From NCBI GenBank assembly GCA_902624455.1, contig CACNXQ010000005.1, positions 1,340 to 65,339 on the forward strand: DNA of 64,000 nucleotides, given 5' to 3'. Within the stretch, counting starts at the first letter, position 1. The number at the start of each line of letters is the position of its first letter. Below the pieces are notes generated by a model. That model was not told the DNA's origin, ran no database searches, and saw only the letters and a program-made list of their open reading frames with translations. The DNA comes from an uncultured Pelagibacteraceae bacterium (lineage in GTDB: Bacteria > Pseudomonadota > Alphaproteobacteria > Pelagibacterales > AG-422-B15). A program made the translations under genes and the position numbers. This document shows, piece by piece, positions 1 through 10,395 of the stretch.

Positions 1-360
1 TTCTAGATTTTTGGTACTAATGTCTGCAAGCGTTGCGCCAGAGTCCATTATTTTTTGTTTCCACGTAACATCATAAGTGTCAAATCCATCGATTTGATGA
101 TTAGACGCAGCATCATATTTATCAGTTGAACCACCTTCATACTTGACTGATATATCAGGAGCATAAGCTAACTTGGAATCAGTTACGTCTCTACCTGCTT
201 CCTCTAGTTCTTTTTGTGCATTTATTATGTCTTCGTGACTATCTAATAATTGGTCAATCATTTCGGTAAGTGTTTGTGATTTAACCGGAATGATAAAAAT
301 TAAAAAAGTTAAGACGATAGAACAAAAAAGTTTTGCCGTATCAGTTAAATAAGTTCGCAT
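1..360 (-). CDS. TolC-family outer-membrane efflux protein, N-terminal 120 codons (gene runs off the window start)
   Basis: My own translation of the minus strand from the ATG at 358-360 is open to position 1 (MRTYLTDTAKLFCSIVLTFLIFIIPVKSQTLTEMIDQLLDSHEDIINAQKELEEAGRDV...). It shows a signal-peptide-like hydrophobic stretch followed by a TolC-type N-terminal helix pattern. It is absent from the ORF track only because the window truncates it. Confidence 0.5.
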   Translation of the reverse strand, partial: MRTYLTDTAKLFCSIVLTFLIFIIPVKSQTLTEMIDQLLDSHEDIINAQKELEEAGRDVTDSKLAYAPDISVKYEGGSTDKYDAASNHQIDGFDTYDVTWKQKIMDSGATLADISTKNLE

Positions 361-586
361 AATGAATACTCCCTTTTGACTTATTCAAATAAAAAAATTG
401 TACATACGCAGTATCAACTAAAATTATGTAATGTTCTACGATTAATACAACATGATTCTTTTCATTTTTTTGATTTTTTTGGGATTTTTTATTATTTTTG
501 GTGAAAAATTGAATTTTCTTTAATTAGGCGGAAAACTGGGAAATTCTAAATTTAAATACTTTTGGACTTTGTTTAGAATATTTTCT

Positions 587-2302
587 CTAAATATCTGCGT
601 AGGTGTGAGTTTCTTTTTTTGCACCAGGGTGTGTTGTTGCACCATTTGCAGCAGAACCAACAGTTTTGGTATATTTCCATAAAGTTCCTGAATTGAAATC
701 GGTGGTCCTCTCTTTCCAACTTTTCTTTCTTCTATCCAGTTCATCATCACTTACTAATAAAGTTAATTCTCCTTTATCAGCATCCAATATTATTTCATCA
801 CCGTCTTCAACAAGTGCAATTGTGCCACAGACAGCTGCTTCAGGTGATACATGTCCAACACAAAAACCTCTTGTCGCTCCACTAAAACGTCCATCGGTAA
901 TCAAAGCGACCTTGTCACCCATGCCCTGACCATAAATTGCCGCTGTAGTAGCTAACATCTCTCTCATTCCGGGACCACCCTTTGGTCCTTCATACCTGAT
1001 TACGAATACATCTCCCTCTTTATATTTATTATTTTTTACACACTCAAAGGCATCTTCTTCGCAATCAAAGCATATTGCTTTTCCCTTAAATGTGAGATTA
1101 TTCATGCCCGCGACTTTTACTATTGCGCCGTCTGGAGCTAGATTGCCTTTCAAGCCAACTACACCACCTGATGGGCTAAGTGGATTGTCGTAACTTCTTA
1201 TAACATCTTGATCAGTATTAAATTTAACGTCTTTTAAATTTTCTTCTATGGTTTTTCCTGTAACAGTAAGACAGTCGCCATGAATATATCCCCCATCGTA
1301 TAAGGTTTTAATTATTATTGGAACGCCTCCTGCTTCATATACATCCTTTGCAACATATTTGCCTCCAGGTTTTAAGTCAGCTAAATAGGGTGTTCTTTTG
1401 AAAATTTCGACCACATCATCTAAGTCAAATTTGATGCCACATTCATTTGCAATTGCTGGCAAGTGTAAGCCTGCATTTGTGGACCCCCCAGTAGCTGCAA
1501 CTATTGTTGCTGCGTTCTCAAGTGATTTTTTTGTAACAATATCTCTTGGCCTTATGTTATCTGCAATCAACTTCATTACTTGTTTTCCAGAATCATAGGC
1601 GTATTTATCTCGTTCCTCATATGGAGCCGGAGCGCCAGATGAATATGGTAAAGCTAGACCAATAGCTTCTGAAACGCATGCCATTGTATTTGCTGTAAAT
1701 TGGCCTCCGCACGCTCCTGCACTGGGACAAGCTACACATTCTAATTCATGCAACTCTTCTTCTGTTGCATTTCCAGATGAATATTTTCCAACCGCTTCAA
1801 ACACATCTACAACAGTTACATCCTTTCCCTTATACTTGCCTGGCAGAATACTTCCACCATACATAAAGACACTTGGCACATTTAATCGGCACATTGCCAT
1901 CATTAAACCTGGCAATGATTTATCGCATCCTGCTAAACCAACAATTGCATCATAGCAGTGTCCTCTCACTGTTAATTCAGTAGAGTCTGCAATTACTTCT
2001 CTTGAAACTAATGAAGACTTCATGCCTTGATGTCCCATTGCAATACCATCAGTTACAGTTATTGTACAAAATTCTCTCGGCGTTCCGTTGGCCTCATTCA
2101 CACCTTTTTTTACAGACTGTGCTTGTCTCATCAATGCAATGTTACAAGGTGCAGCTTCATTCCATGTTGAAACCACTCCTACAAAAGGTTTGTTAATGTC
2201 ATCCTCGCTCATTCCCATCGCATAATAGTAAGACCTGTGTGGTGCACGTTCTGGGCCTACAGAAACATGTCTGCTTGGGAGTTTGCTTTTATCAAATTTC
2301 AT
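587..2302 (-). CDS. ilvD: Dihydroxy-acid dehydratase
   Basis: 571 aa, full-length IlvD/Edd family. Motifs seen: [24 protein letters not shown] (Fe-S Cys), [14 protein letters not shown]. Its start codon shares 1 nt with the valS stop (TAATG). Confidence 0.95.
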   Translation of the reverse strand: MKFDKSKLPSRHVSVGPERAPHRSYYYAMGMSEDDINKPFVGVVSTWNEAAPCNIALMRQAQSVKKGVNEANGTPREFCTITVTDGIAMGHQGMKSSLVSREVIADSTELTVRGHCYDAIVGLAGCDKSLPGLMMAMCRLNVPSVFMYGGSILPGKYKGKDVTVVDVFEAVGKYSSGNATEEELHELECVACPSAGACGGQFTANTMACVSEAIGLALPYSSGAPAPYEERDKYAYDSGKQVMKLIADNIRPRDIVTKKSLENAATIVAATGGSTNAGLHLPAIANECGIKFDLDDVVEIFKRTPYLADLKPGGKYVAKDVYEAGGVPIIIKTLYDGGYIHGDCLTVTGKTIEENLKDVKFNTDQDVIRSYDNPLSPSGGVVGLKGNLAPDGAIVKVAGMNNLTFKGKAICFDCEEDAFECVKNNKYKEGDVFVIRYEGPKGGPGMREMLATTAAIYGQGMGDKVALITDGRFSGATRGFCVGHVSPEAAVCGTIALVEDGDEIILDADKGELTLLVSDDELDRRKKSWKERTTDFNSGTLWKYTKTVGSAANGATTHPGAKKETHTYADI

Positions 2303-4947
2303 TAATTACTAATTACCTTTAATTCTTTCTCAATTTTTTTCATCTGTGATTGATAGTCTTCAAGTCTTTCTTTTTGCTCTTCAATAACCTTATTTGGGGC
2401 ATTTTCAATAAAATTTTTATCTATTAATTTTGCTTCAATTTTTTTGATTTCCTTAATTGTTTTATCCAATTTCTTATTTAATCGAACAACCTCTTCTTCA
2501 AAATTTATAATATCTTTTAGCAAAAGATAAATCAAACCGTCATTGAACATTACTTGTATCATTCCTTCATTCTTTTTAAATGCAGACATACTTATACTTT
2601 TTGATTTGGTAAGATTTAAAATCGTACTTTTATGACTTTCAATTGTAAGCTTAAGTTCATCACTAATATTAGAATATGCGATATCAATTTCTATGTTAGC
2701 GGGAACATTAAGTTCAGATCTAGTAGATCTAATTGCTGTAATTAGTTCAATAAGAGTATTAATCTTGCTCGAATTATTGCCATTATTATTAACTTTTTCT
2801 GGCCACTTAGCTTGATTTATTTTTTCTGAACCCTTTATGAGAATAGGAGCTGCTTCTTTCCATAGATATTCGGTAAAAAAAGGAATAATAGGATGAAGCA
2901 TCACTAAAGTATTGCTTAAAATAAAAGAAGTTACATTCTTGGTCTCTTTAATATCTTCTGAATTAGGTGACTGATAAATAATTTTGGTAAACTCTAAATA
3001 CCAATCGCAAAAAATATTCCATGTAAATTTATACAATGCGCTTGCGGCCTCATTAAATTTATATTCTTTAATCGCAATTTCAGTTTTTTCTCTGCATTCT
3101 TCATATTCACTCAAAATCCAATTATTAAATATATTTTTTACTTTGCTTGTGTCCATTTGATCAAAGCGGCACTCATTCATCTCACAAAACTTTACTGCAT
3201 TCCATATTTTCGTTAAAAAATTCCTATAGCCTTCAACTCTTTGCTTTGATAATTTAATATCCCTTCCTTGAGCAGCCATTGAACACAAAGTCATTCTTAA
3301 TGAGTCTGCTCCATATTCATCCATTAGTAATAACGGATCAATAACGTTGCCTTTTGATTTAGACATCTTTTGACCTTTTTCATCTCTAACTAATGCGTGA
3401 ACATACACTTCTGAAAATGGAACTTCCTTAGTAAAATAAAGCCCCATCATCATCATTCTTGCGACCCAAAAAAATATTATGTCAAAACCAGTTACTAGTG
3501 CTGATGTAGGATAATATTTTTTTAAAATCTCAGTTTTATCAGGCCAACCCATAGTCGAGAAAGGCCATAAAGCTGATGAAAACCAAGTATCTAAAACATC
3601 AGTTTCTTGAGTAAGCTTTGTCTCTTTCTGGTAATATTTTTTAGCAAGTTCAGTGGCTTCCTGCTCGTCCATTGCAACAAAAATCTTACTGTCCGGTCCA
3701 TACCATGCTGGTATTTGGTGGCCCCAATTCAATTGTCTAGAAACACACCATGGTTGTATATTTTCCATCCACTCAAAATAGGTTTTCTCCCAATTTTTTG
3801 GAATAAATTTTGTTGCGCCATCTCTAACTTTTTGAATAGGATCTTTCGATAGTTTCTTTGCATCAACAAACCATTGGTCGGTTAACCAAGGCTCAATTAC
3901 CTCGCCAGATCTATCGCCATATGGAACTGTATGTTTATTTTCCTCTATCTTTTCAAGAGCATTAAGTTCTTCTAATTCTCTAATAATCTTATCTCTTGCA
4001 TCATATCTGCTAAGACCTTGATAATTCGTGGGAGTATTTTCATTTAGTTCTGCATTTTCATTGAAAATATTTATTACTTCTAAGTTATGTCTTACGCCAA
4101 TTTCATAGTCATTAAAATCATGAGCTGGAGTTATTTTGACTGCACCTGAACCTTGATCCATTTTAACGTATTCATCAGCAATAATCGGAATAGACTTATT
4201 TAATATAGGTAATATTGCGTTTTTTCCTATTATATCTCTATACCTTTCATCTTCAGGATGAACAGCAATCGCTGTATCACCAAGCATTGTTTCCGGTCTT
4301 GTCGTTGCAATAACAATACTAGTGTCTTCATTTTCAATCTCGTATTTGATGTACCACAAAGAACCAGTTACTTCTTTTTGTACAACTTCTAAATCAGAAA
4401 TTGTAGTTTTGAGTTTGGGGTCCCAGTTACTTAATCGCTTATCCTTATAGATTAATCCATCATTATAAAGCTGAACAAATACATATTTAACTGCTTTGGA
4501 TAAACCCTCATCAAGAGTAAATCGTTCACGTGACCAATCACATGAGCACCCTAATCTTTTAAGTTGATTAATTATCTGATTGCCAGATTGTTCTTTCCAT
4601 TCCCATACATGATTTATAAATTCCTCCCGGGATAAATCTTTCTTGATGATTTTTTTCTTTTTTAATTCTCTTTCAACTACCATTTCAGTTGCTATACCGG
4701 CATGGTCAGTTCCTGGTTGCCACAAAACATCTTTACCATTAAGTCTGTAGAAGCGAACAAGAATATCTTGAAGTGTGTTATTCAACGCATGTCCCATGTG
4801 AAGATTGCCAGTTACATTTGGTGGGGGTATGACAATACTATAATTATTTGAAGAAGCTCTTTCTGGAGCTGTAAAAGCTCCTTGATCTTCCCAATCTTTA
4901 TAGATTTTTTCTTCAACAGAATTAGGTGAGTAATACTTTTCTTGCAT
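2302..4947 (-). CDS. valS: Valyl-tRNA synthetase
   Basis: 881 aa. Class I HIGH motif (NLHMGHALN), KMSKS motif (QKMSKSKGN), C-terminal coiled coil typical of ValS. Confidence 0.96.
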   Translation of the reverse strand: MQEKYYSPNSVEEKIYKDWEDQGAFTAPERASSNNYSIVIPPPNVTGNLHMGHALNNTLQDILVRFYRLNGKDVLWQPGTDHAGIATEMVVERELKKKKIIKKDLSREEFINHVWEWKEQSGNQIINQLKRLGCSCDWSRERFTLDEGLSKAVKYVFVQLYNDGLIYKDKRLSNWDPKLKTTISDLEVVQKEVTGSLWYIKYEIENEDTSIVIATTRPETMLGDTAIAVHPEDERYRDIIGKNAILPILNKSIPIIADEYVKMDQGSGAVKITPAHDFNDYEIGVRHNLEVINIFNENAELNENTPTNYQGLSRYDARDKIIRELEELNALEKIEENKHTVPYGDRSGEVIEPWLTDQWFVDAKKLSKDPIQKVRDGATKFIPKNWEKTYFEWMENIQPWCVSRQLNWGHQIPAWYGPDSKIFVAMDEQEATELAKKYYQKETKLTQETDVLDTWFSSALWPFSTMGWPDKTEILKKYYPTSALVTGFDIIFFWVARMMMMGLYFTKEVPFSEVYVHALVRDEKGQKMSKSKGNVIDPLLLMDEYGADSLRMTLCSMAAQGRDIKLSKQRVEGYRNFLTKIWNAVKFCEMNECRFDQMDTSKVKNIFNNWILSEYEECREKTEIAIKEYKFNEAASALYKFTWNIFCDWYLEFTKIIYQSPNSEDIKETKNVTSFILSNTLVMLHPIIPFFTEYLWKEAAPILIKGSEKINQAKWPEKVNNNGNNSSKINTLIELITAIRSTRSELNVPANIEIDIAYSNISDELKLTIESHKSTILNLTKSKSISMSAFKKNEGMIQVMFNDGLIYLLLKDIINFEEEVVRLNKKLDKTIKEIKKIEAKLIDKNFIENAPNKVIEEQKERLEDYQSQMKKIEKELKVISN

Positions 4948-4952
4948 TACAT

Positions 4953-5336
4953 TTAGATTTTATCGTTGTTCTTAAAATTTATTTCAGCGGACATTAATTT
5001 TTCAGAAATTACTCTCTCTAGTTCCTCCCGAATAATTTTATCAATTTTTTCAGATGGTATTAAATTCACTTGTTCTTTCACTAACTCTCTTATTTTTTGT
5101 TCATCTAGAGGAATATTCTTGATATCATCATCAATAAACTTTTTTTGATCTGTATTTTGATTTATTGGATTATTAAGTTCTAAAATATTAGAGTCATCCA
5201 TGTATTCATTTTCTTCAAGTGGCTTCGTTAATTCCAGTACGTCTTTAGGTAGTTCGCTTTGATCTTCAGCATTTTTCTCGCCCATCATGTCACGAATTGC
5301 TGCTAAAATATCTTCTGTATTATTGGTTTTGTTCAT
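4953..5336 (-). CDS. Small acidic DUF2497/PopZ-like protein
   Basis: 127 aa. The N-terminal TEDILAAIRDMMGE and DVLELTKPL resemble the PopZ N-terminal EEILASIRRII and DEVLELTDPI (recalled from memory). The middle is acidic and low-complexity. The C-terminal helical block is IRELVKEQVNLIPSEKIDKIIREELERVI. It sits directly upstream of valS and downstream of a pcm-like gene, as popZ does in many Alphaproteobacteria. Confidence 0.6.
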   Translation of the reverse strand: MNKTNNTEDILAAIRDMMGEKNAEDQSELPKDVLELTKPLEENEYMDDSNILELNNPINQNTDQKKFIDDDIKNIPLDEQKIRELVKEQVNLIPSEKIDKIIREELERVISEKLMSAEINFKNNDKI

Positions 5337-5370
5337 ATCTTCTAATATATATGCTTATATCTGGGTCAAA

Positions 5371-6021
5371 TCAAAAACTAAAGCTGTTTTTCTTTTTAAA
5401 AAAATTTAATTTTGGAGCATCACAACTAAATAAAAACCGAGAATTAATAGAGTTTTGATTTTTAATATACAACATTGCATTTGTTACATCTTCTTTCTTA
5501 ATTAGGGCAAACAGACGTCCATGATTTTCTAGTTGATTTAAAAATTGATCGGGAAGGTAATCAATAGCTCCCTCAATTATTATTGCATTGAACGGACCTT
5601 GATCTAAACAATTTTCATTTATTTTCTTTTTTATAACAACAACATTATTAATGCCACTTTTGTTCATCCCTTTTTCGGCAATAGATATAAAATTATCATC
5701 CTCTTCAACAGCAATCACTGTTTCTGCTAAATTAGAAATTATTGCAGAGGAATAGCCGGTTGAAGCTGGAAGAACGAGGATAGACTCATTGCTTTGTGGT
5801 GAAACATGATTAATAATTTCACCTATCAAATTTGGCCTTAACAAATATCTGTCTGAAGATAGCTTTAAATTTTTTTCTGTATAAGATCTTAAAATTAAAT
5901 CTTCAGGAACAAAATCTGATCTATTAACAGATGAAAATGCCGAAATTACTTCTTTACTAATGCCGTTAATCGGCCTTATCTGTCCATCTATCATGTTATT
6001 ATTAAGTGTAGTTTGATCCAT
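5371..6021 (-). CDS. Protein-L-isoaspartate O-methyltransferase-like protein (PCMT family paralogue)
   Basis: 216 aa with PCMT-like layout (VISAFSSVNRSDFVPE, LLRPNLIGEII, ILVLPASTGYSSAII). The Gly-rich SAM motif is degenerate (LPASTGY instead of GxGxGY). Confidence 0.65.
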   Translation of the reverse strand: MDQTTLNNNMIDGQIRPINGISKEVISAFSSVNRSDFVPEDLILRSYTEKNLKLSSDRYLLRPNLIGEIINHVSPQSNESILVLPASTGYSSAIISNLAETVIAVEEDDNFISIAEKGMNKSGINNVVVIKKKINENCLDQGPFNAIIIEGAIDYLPDQFLNQLENHGRLFALIKKEDVTNAMLYIKNQNSINSRFLFSCDAPKLNFFKKKNSFSF

Positions 6022-6072
6022 ATATGAATTGAAAATGCTTTATAATATCAATTGCTTTAGATAACAAAATTT

Positions 6073-6102
6073 TTAACAAAAAAAAGCTAAAAATGATATA
6101 AA
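6073..6102 (+). promoter_or_regulatory. Candidate sigma70-type promoter for tRNA-Cys
   Basis: TTAACA (6073-6078), 18-nt spacer, TATAAA (6097-6102), about 10 nt before the mature tRNA 5' end at 6113. Pattern match only, in AT-rich DNA. Confidence 0.3.
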
Positions 6103-6112
6103 CCAATTCAAT

Positions 6113-6186
6113 GGCCACGTGGCGGAATGGTTACGCAGAGGACTGCAAATCCTTGTATACCGGTTCGATTCCGGTCGTGGCCTCCA
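6113..6186 (+). tRNA. tRNA-Cys (GCA)
   Basis: Cloverleaf read by eye: acceptor GGCCACG/CGTGGCC, anticodon loop CTGCAAA, T-loop GGTTCGATTCC, encoded CCA. Confidence 0.95.
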
Positions 6187-6188
6187 CG

Positions 6189-7205
6189 CTAGCCCAAATG
6201 AAACTTTAAAACATCAATTATTTTTGCTGCCTGATCATCTCTTATCCATGTATGAAAATTTTTAATCATAGCTGGTGTGAAATTTGGCTGTAGTTCCATT
6301 AATTTTCTTTTTAGAGGTATACCTTTTTTCTTATTATCTTCTAATGCAAGACTAGCAATATAAGTTTGTGGATATTCTGGTTGAAGATTAATTAACTTTT
6401 TGGAATACTTTTTCGCTTCATCCAAATTATTATCAAGAAAATTAAATCTCCACAATTCAAAATATGTTCGCCATTGTCCATAAATATCTGAATATAGATC
6501 TAATGCTTTAAACATTTCATTATAAGCTCTTTGTTTTTCATCAATTTGAAATAACGATGAACCAAATAATCTTCTCCCATGGGCAAATTTATCATTCAAC
6601 TTTATTGAATTGTAAGAATGATTGAGCGATAGATCAAAGTTGTTACCGTAATAAAATGATAAACCAAAAGCAAATTGACATAGAAAATTATTTTTATTCA
6701 ATGAAACTGAGCTTCTTGCTAAATTTAAAAGTGTTTTTCTCACTTTATTAGGATCTCTAACATTAAACATCCATAATTTATCGGCATAGGACAATGCAAT
6801 TTTTGAAATTGTTATCGCTAAATCCTGCTTAGGAATTGAGCTTGATAATGTTTCATATGAATTTTTTGTTAATAAAAATCGTATCGTTCTTTTATCAGTT
6901 TGATTTTTAGACTTTCTAATTACGTTATTTTCTTCAAGATATTTTAGTCTTCTCCATAATGTTCTTTCAGGTGACTGGGTAAAATATTGTATATCGTAGA
7001 AAGAAAGACCTTTGTAAAAATTAATAAATAATCTGAAGACAATCTCAAGATCAAGCAAACTTGTTAATGATAATGATTTGAGAACTCTAAATAAACCACC
7101 ATATAAGAAACTAAAAACAGCCTCATCAACCAAGTTATCATTTTTTGTAACTTGATCACTTCTTCCAAATCCAAACTCATAAATATCGTCTTTTTGAACT
7201 GTCAT
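6189..7205 (-). CDS. Hypothetical protein with MarR-type winged helix-turn-helix and TPR-like C-terminal region
   Basis: 338 aa. LSFYDIQYFTQSPERTLWRRLKYLEENNVIRKSKNQTDKRTIRFLLTKNS fits the MarR recognition-helix/wing pattern (D-K-R...LT). The C-terminal part has TPR-like helical repeats (LDEAKKYSKKLINLQPEYPQTYIASLAL). I recognise no specific family. Confidence 0.6.
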   Translation of the reverse strand: MTVQKDDIYEFGFGRSDQVTKNDNLVDEAVFSFLYGGLFRVLKSLSLTSLLDLEIVFRLFINFYKGLSFYDIQYFTQSPERTLWRRLKYLEENNVIRKSKNQTDKRTIRFLLTKNSYETLSSSIPKQDLAITISKIALSYADKLWMFNVRDPNKVRKTLLNLARSSVSLNKNNFLCQFAFGLSFYYGNNFDLSLNHSYNSIKLNDKFAHGRRLFGSSLFQIDEKQRAYNEMFKALDLYSDIYGQWRTYFELWRFNFLDNNLDEAKKYSKKLINLQPEYPQTYIASLALEDNKKKGIPLKRKLMELQPNFTPAMIKNFHTWIRDDQAAKIIDVLKFHLG

Positions 7206-7278
7206 AGGTTTATTTCCGATTACTATAAAACAAAAACTAGATATAAATAATAACTTTTGCTATAAGATTTAAATCTCT

Positions 7279-7354
7279 TCCCCGGTAGCTCAGTTGGTAG
7301 AGCAAGCGGCTGTTAACCGCTTTGTCACTGGTTCGAGTCCAGTCCGGGGAGCCA
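7279..7354 (+). tRNA. tRNA-Asn (GTT)
   Basis: Acceptor TCCCCGG/CCGGGGA, D-arm GCTCAGTTGGTAGAGC, anticodon loop CTGTTAA, T-loop GGTTCGAGTCC, encoded CCA. Confidence 0.95.
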
Positions 7355-7356
7355 AA

Positions 7357-8094
7357 TTAGAGTATTTGACTCAAAAAGGTTTTAGTCCTCTCACTTTCAG
7401 GATTTTCAAAGAAATCTGTAGGATTTTTGTTTTCAACTATCTGACCTTCATCCATAAATATAATGCTATCTGCAACTTCTTTGGCAAATCCCATTTCATG
7501 AGTAACAACAAGCATTGTCATTCCACCTTCAGCTAAGCCAACCATCACATCTAAAACCTCTTTGATCATTTCAGGATCAAGTGCGGATGTTGGTTCATCA
7601 AAAAGCATAATCCTTGGCTCCATACATAATGCTCTTGCAATTGCAGCTCTCTGCTGTTGTCCGCCAGACAACTGAGCTGGATACTTATGAGCCTGATCAT
7701 CAATTTGAACTCTCTTTAAATATTTCATTGCTTTTTCTTTTGCCTCAACTTTAGGTAATTTACGTACCCATATCGGGGCCAGTGAACAATTATCTAAAAT
7801 TGAAAGGTGAGGAAAAAGATTGAACTGCTGGAATACCATACCAACTTCGCCACGGATTTTTTCTACACTTCTATTATCATTTGTAAGTTCAGTACCCTCA
7901 ACTATTATTTGACCTCTCTGATGTTCTTCTAATCTATTGATACATCTAATCAATGTTGACTTACCAGATCCGGATGGTCCACAAATAACAATTTTCTCAC
8001 CGCGATTAACCTTTAAATTTACATCATTTAAAACATGAAGATCTCCAAACCACTTATGAACTTCATTCATTTCAATCATTGTATCTGTACTCAT
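7357..8094 (-). CDS. aapP: General L-amino-acid ABC transporter, ATP-binding protein
   Basis: 245 aa. Walker [10 protein letters not shown], signature LSGGQQQR, Walker [12 protein letters not shown]. Last gene of a binding-protein/permease/permease/ATPase operon. Confidence 0.9.
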   Translation of the reverse strand: MSTDTMIEMNEVHKWFGDLHVLNDVNLKVNRGEKIVICGPSGSGKSTLIRCINRLEEHQRGQIIVEGTELTNDNRSVEKIRGEVGMVFQQFNLFPHLSILDNCSLAPIWVRKLPKVEAKEKAMKYLKRVQIDDQAHKYPAQLSGGQQQRAAIARALCMEPRIMLFDEPTSALDPEMIKEVLDVMVGLAEGGMTMLVVTHEMGFAKEVADSIIFMDEGQIVENKNPTDFFENPESERTKTFLSQIL

Positions 8095-8099
8095 AAACT

Positions 8100-9182
8100 C
8101 TATTGTCCTGTATCTAATTTTTTTTCCAAATTTTGACTATATCTGCTCATCCCGAAACAAAAAATCCAAAACACTGCAGCTGCAAAGACGTAACCTTCGT
8201 GAGAGAATCCAAGCCAGTCTGGATTTGTTCCTACAAATTGAATAATACCAAGAAAATCAAATAATCCTATAATTAAAACAAGTGTTGTATCCTTGAATAT
8301 TGCAATAAAACTTCCAATGATTGCAGGTATAACCATTTTTAGAGACTGCGGCAAAATAACAAGAGCCATCATCTTCCAGTAAGTTAAGCCTGCAGCTTGT
8401 GATGCTTCATACTGTCCTTTAGGCATTGCTTGAAGTCCTCCTCTAACTACTTCAGCAAGATATGCTGCAGAAAAAAACATGACCCCAATCAAAGCTCTAA
8501 TAAGTTTATCGAAATTTACTCCTTCGGGCATAAATAAAGGAAACATATTTGATGCCATAAAGAGAACTGTAATGAGAGGAACACCTCTCCAAATTTCAAT
8601 AAAGATAGTTGATAATAAAGATACTATGGGCAGTTTAGATCTTCTGCCTAAAGCTAACAGTACACCTATTGGTAATGACAAGACTATTCCAACTCCAGCG
8701 ATTACTAATGTTAAGAAAAGCCCACCCCATAAACGTGTTTCAACATTTGTAAGTCCAGCGCCTCCTGAAAAAAGGTAAACACAAATAATTGGAAACGGTA
8801 TAAGTAAAAATGCTCCAACCCAGCCTTTATTTTTCAGGTTTGGAATTAATAGATAGATTCCAGCTATCAGTAACATCACGTAAGCAGTGTTAATTCTCCA
8901 CAATTCCTCGGTTGGGTACAAGCCATAAAATATCAATTTGAGATTCTGTTTGATGAATATCCAACAAGCACCGTCCTTAGTGCATTCATCTTTCGAACTT
9001 CCAACAAAATTAGCATCAAAGAAAATCCAATTAAATAACGGAGGCAGAATAGAATACAATAAGTAAATTCCAAGTATGGTAAGTATTGTGTTATACCAAG
9101 TTGAAAATAAATTTTTCCTGAGCCATCCTATAATTCCTAATTCAATAACTGGAGGCTTTATTTCATTTAATGCATTAGTCAT
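8100..9182 (-). CDS. aapM: General L-amino-acid ABC transporter permease
   Basis: 360 aa polytopic membrane protein, HisMQ-family permease core ([21 protein letters not shown]). Its start overlaps the aapQ stop. Confidence 0.85.
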   Translation of the reverse strand: MTNALNEIKPPVIELGIIGWLRKNLFSTWYNTILTILGIYLLYSILPPLFNWIFFDANFVGSSKDECTKDGACWIFIKQNLKLIFYGLYPTEELWRINTAYVMLLIAGIYLLIPNLKNKGWVGAFLLIPFPIICVYLFSGGAGLTNVETRLWGGLFLTLVIAGVGIVLSLPIGVLLALGRRSKLPIVSLLSTIFIEIWRGVPLITVLFMASNMFPLFMPEGVNFDKLIRALIGVMFFSAAYLAEVVRGGLQAMPKGQYEASQAAGLTYWKMMALVILPQSLKMVIPAIIGSFIAIFKDTTLVLIIGLFDFLGIIQFVGTNPDWLGFSHEGYVFAAAVFWIFCFGMSRYSQNLEKKLDTGQ

Positions 9183-10357
9183 TATCTTTCACCAACTTTC
9201 ATGTATCTGTTGAATAAGTTCATTACAACTGATGTGAACAAACTCAAAAATAAATACACGCCCATTACCATACCAATTATTTCAATTGCTTGTCCGGTTT
9301 GCATTAATGCCGTACCTGCAAATACTAATACCAAATCAGGATAAGCAATTGCCGCAGCGAGAGATGAATTTTTTGTAAGATTTAGATATTGGTTAGTTAA
9401 TGGTGGCACAATCACTCTTAACGCCTGAGGAATTATTATTAATCTTAAAACTAAGCCTTCTTTCAATCCTACAGATCTTGCTGCTTCTGTTTGCCCTTTT
9501 GAAACCGATTGTATTCCAGCTCGGACAACTTCAGCAATAAAGGCAGCTGTATACATTGCTAACGCAAAGGTTAAGGCAACTAGCTCAGGTATAAGTTTCA
9601 TGCCTCCTTTGAAATTAAATCCTTTTAACTCAGGATACTCAAATGAAATGGGAAAACCCAGCGCTGTAAGAGTTAGAGTGAATGTTCCTACGATCAGAGC
9701 CATCGAAGTAAAAAAAGCTGGAAAAGTTTTACCAGTCTTGTTTTGTCTTTTTTTGGACCAGACAAATATACCAATTGAAATAATTACTGAGAGCCAAAAT
9801 AAATAAAATAGAATTGATGAACCTTCACCTAAATTTGGATCTGGAACAAATAATCCTCTATTGTTTAGAAAAATAGAGTCCATAAATTCAATACTTTGTT
9901 TTGGTTTTGGAAGTGCACGCAAAACAGCAAAATACCAGAAGAAAATTTGAAGTAGCAATGGTATATTTCTTATAATTTCGATATAGGACTCTGCTATTTT
10001 TGCGACTAACCAATTTGAGGATAATCTCATAATACCAAAAGCAAATCCTATGATTGTAGCAAACAAAATACCTATTCCTGCTACTAATAATGTATTGAGA
10101 AGTCCAACTATGAACGCGTCGAAATATGTAGATGTAGGAGAATACTCAATAAGTGTCATTTGAATATCAAATTGAGACTCAACACCTAAAAAATTGAAAC
10201 CACTGGCTAGTCCTCGGGCCACCATGTTTTGAGCAGTATTCTGAACGATGTAGTATATACCAAGTATTACAAGGCTAAGTGTGATTGCCTGATAGAAAAC
10301 ACCTTGAACATTTTTGTTGAATATAAAGTTCGATATTTTTGGGCTCTGCTTGGACAT
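9182..10357 (-). CDS. aapQ: General L-amino-acid ABC transporter permease
   Basis: 391 aa polytopic membrane protein, permease core EAARSVGLKEGLVLRLIIIPQALR. Confidence 0.85.
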   Translation of the reverse strand: MSKQSPKISNFIFNKNVQGVFYQAITLSLVILGIYYIVQNTAQNMVARGLASGFNFLGVESQFDIQMTLIEYSPTSTYFDAFIVGLLNTLLVAGIGILFATIIGFAFGIMRLSSNWLVAKIAESYIEIIRNIPLLLQIFFWYFAVLRALPKPKQSIEFMDSIFLNNRGLFVPDPNLGEGSSILFYLFWLSVIISIGIFVWSKKRQNKTGKTFPAFFTSMALIVGTFTLTLTALGFPISFEYPELKGFNFKGGMKLIPELVALTFALAMYTAAFIAEVVRAGIQSVSKGQTEAARSVGLKEGLVLRLIIIPQALRVIVPPLTNQYLNLTKNSSLAAAIAYPDLVLVFAGTALMQTGQAIEIIGMVMGVYLFLSLFTSVVMNLFNRYMKVGER

Positions 10358-10395
10358 ATTTTAATGGAGATAATATAGCATTTTACATGAATAAC

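Noticed and set aside
452-523. 23-codon hydrophobic mini-ORF (MILFIFLIFLGFFIIFGEKLNFL) in the ilvD / tolC-like gap.
   Set aside because: It is a direct consequence of translating the T-tract region (TTT and ATT codons). It has no Shine-Dalgarno and no other support.
520-750. 76-aa minus-strand ORF overlapping the 3' end of ilvD.
   Set aside because: It is an alternative frame of the ilvD C-terminus extending into the intergenic region, with no motif support.
6113-7354. Possibility that the tRNA-Cys / tRNA-Asn interval is a genomic island or prophage remnant.
   Set aside because: There is no integrase, no direct repeat of a tRNA 3' end, and no visible compositional shift relative to the flanks, and only one gene is present. 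I kept it only as a low-key alternative in the finding on the wHTH/TPR protein.
7294-7536. 80-aa plus-strand ORF starting inside tRNA-Asn and running antisense into aapP.
   Set aside because: It begins within the tRNA gene body and overlaps the strongly supported ABC ATPase gene, so it is an artefact of six-frame translation.
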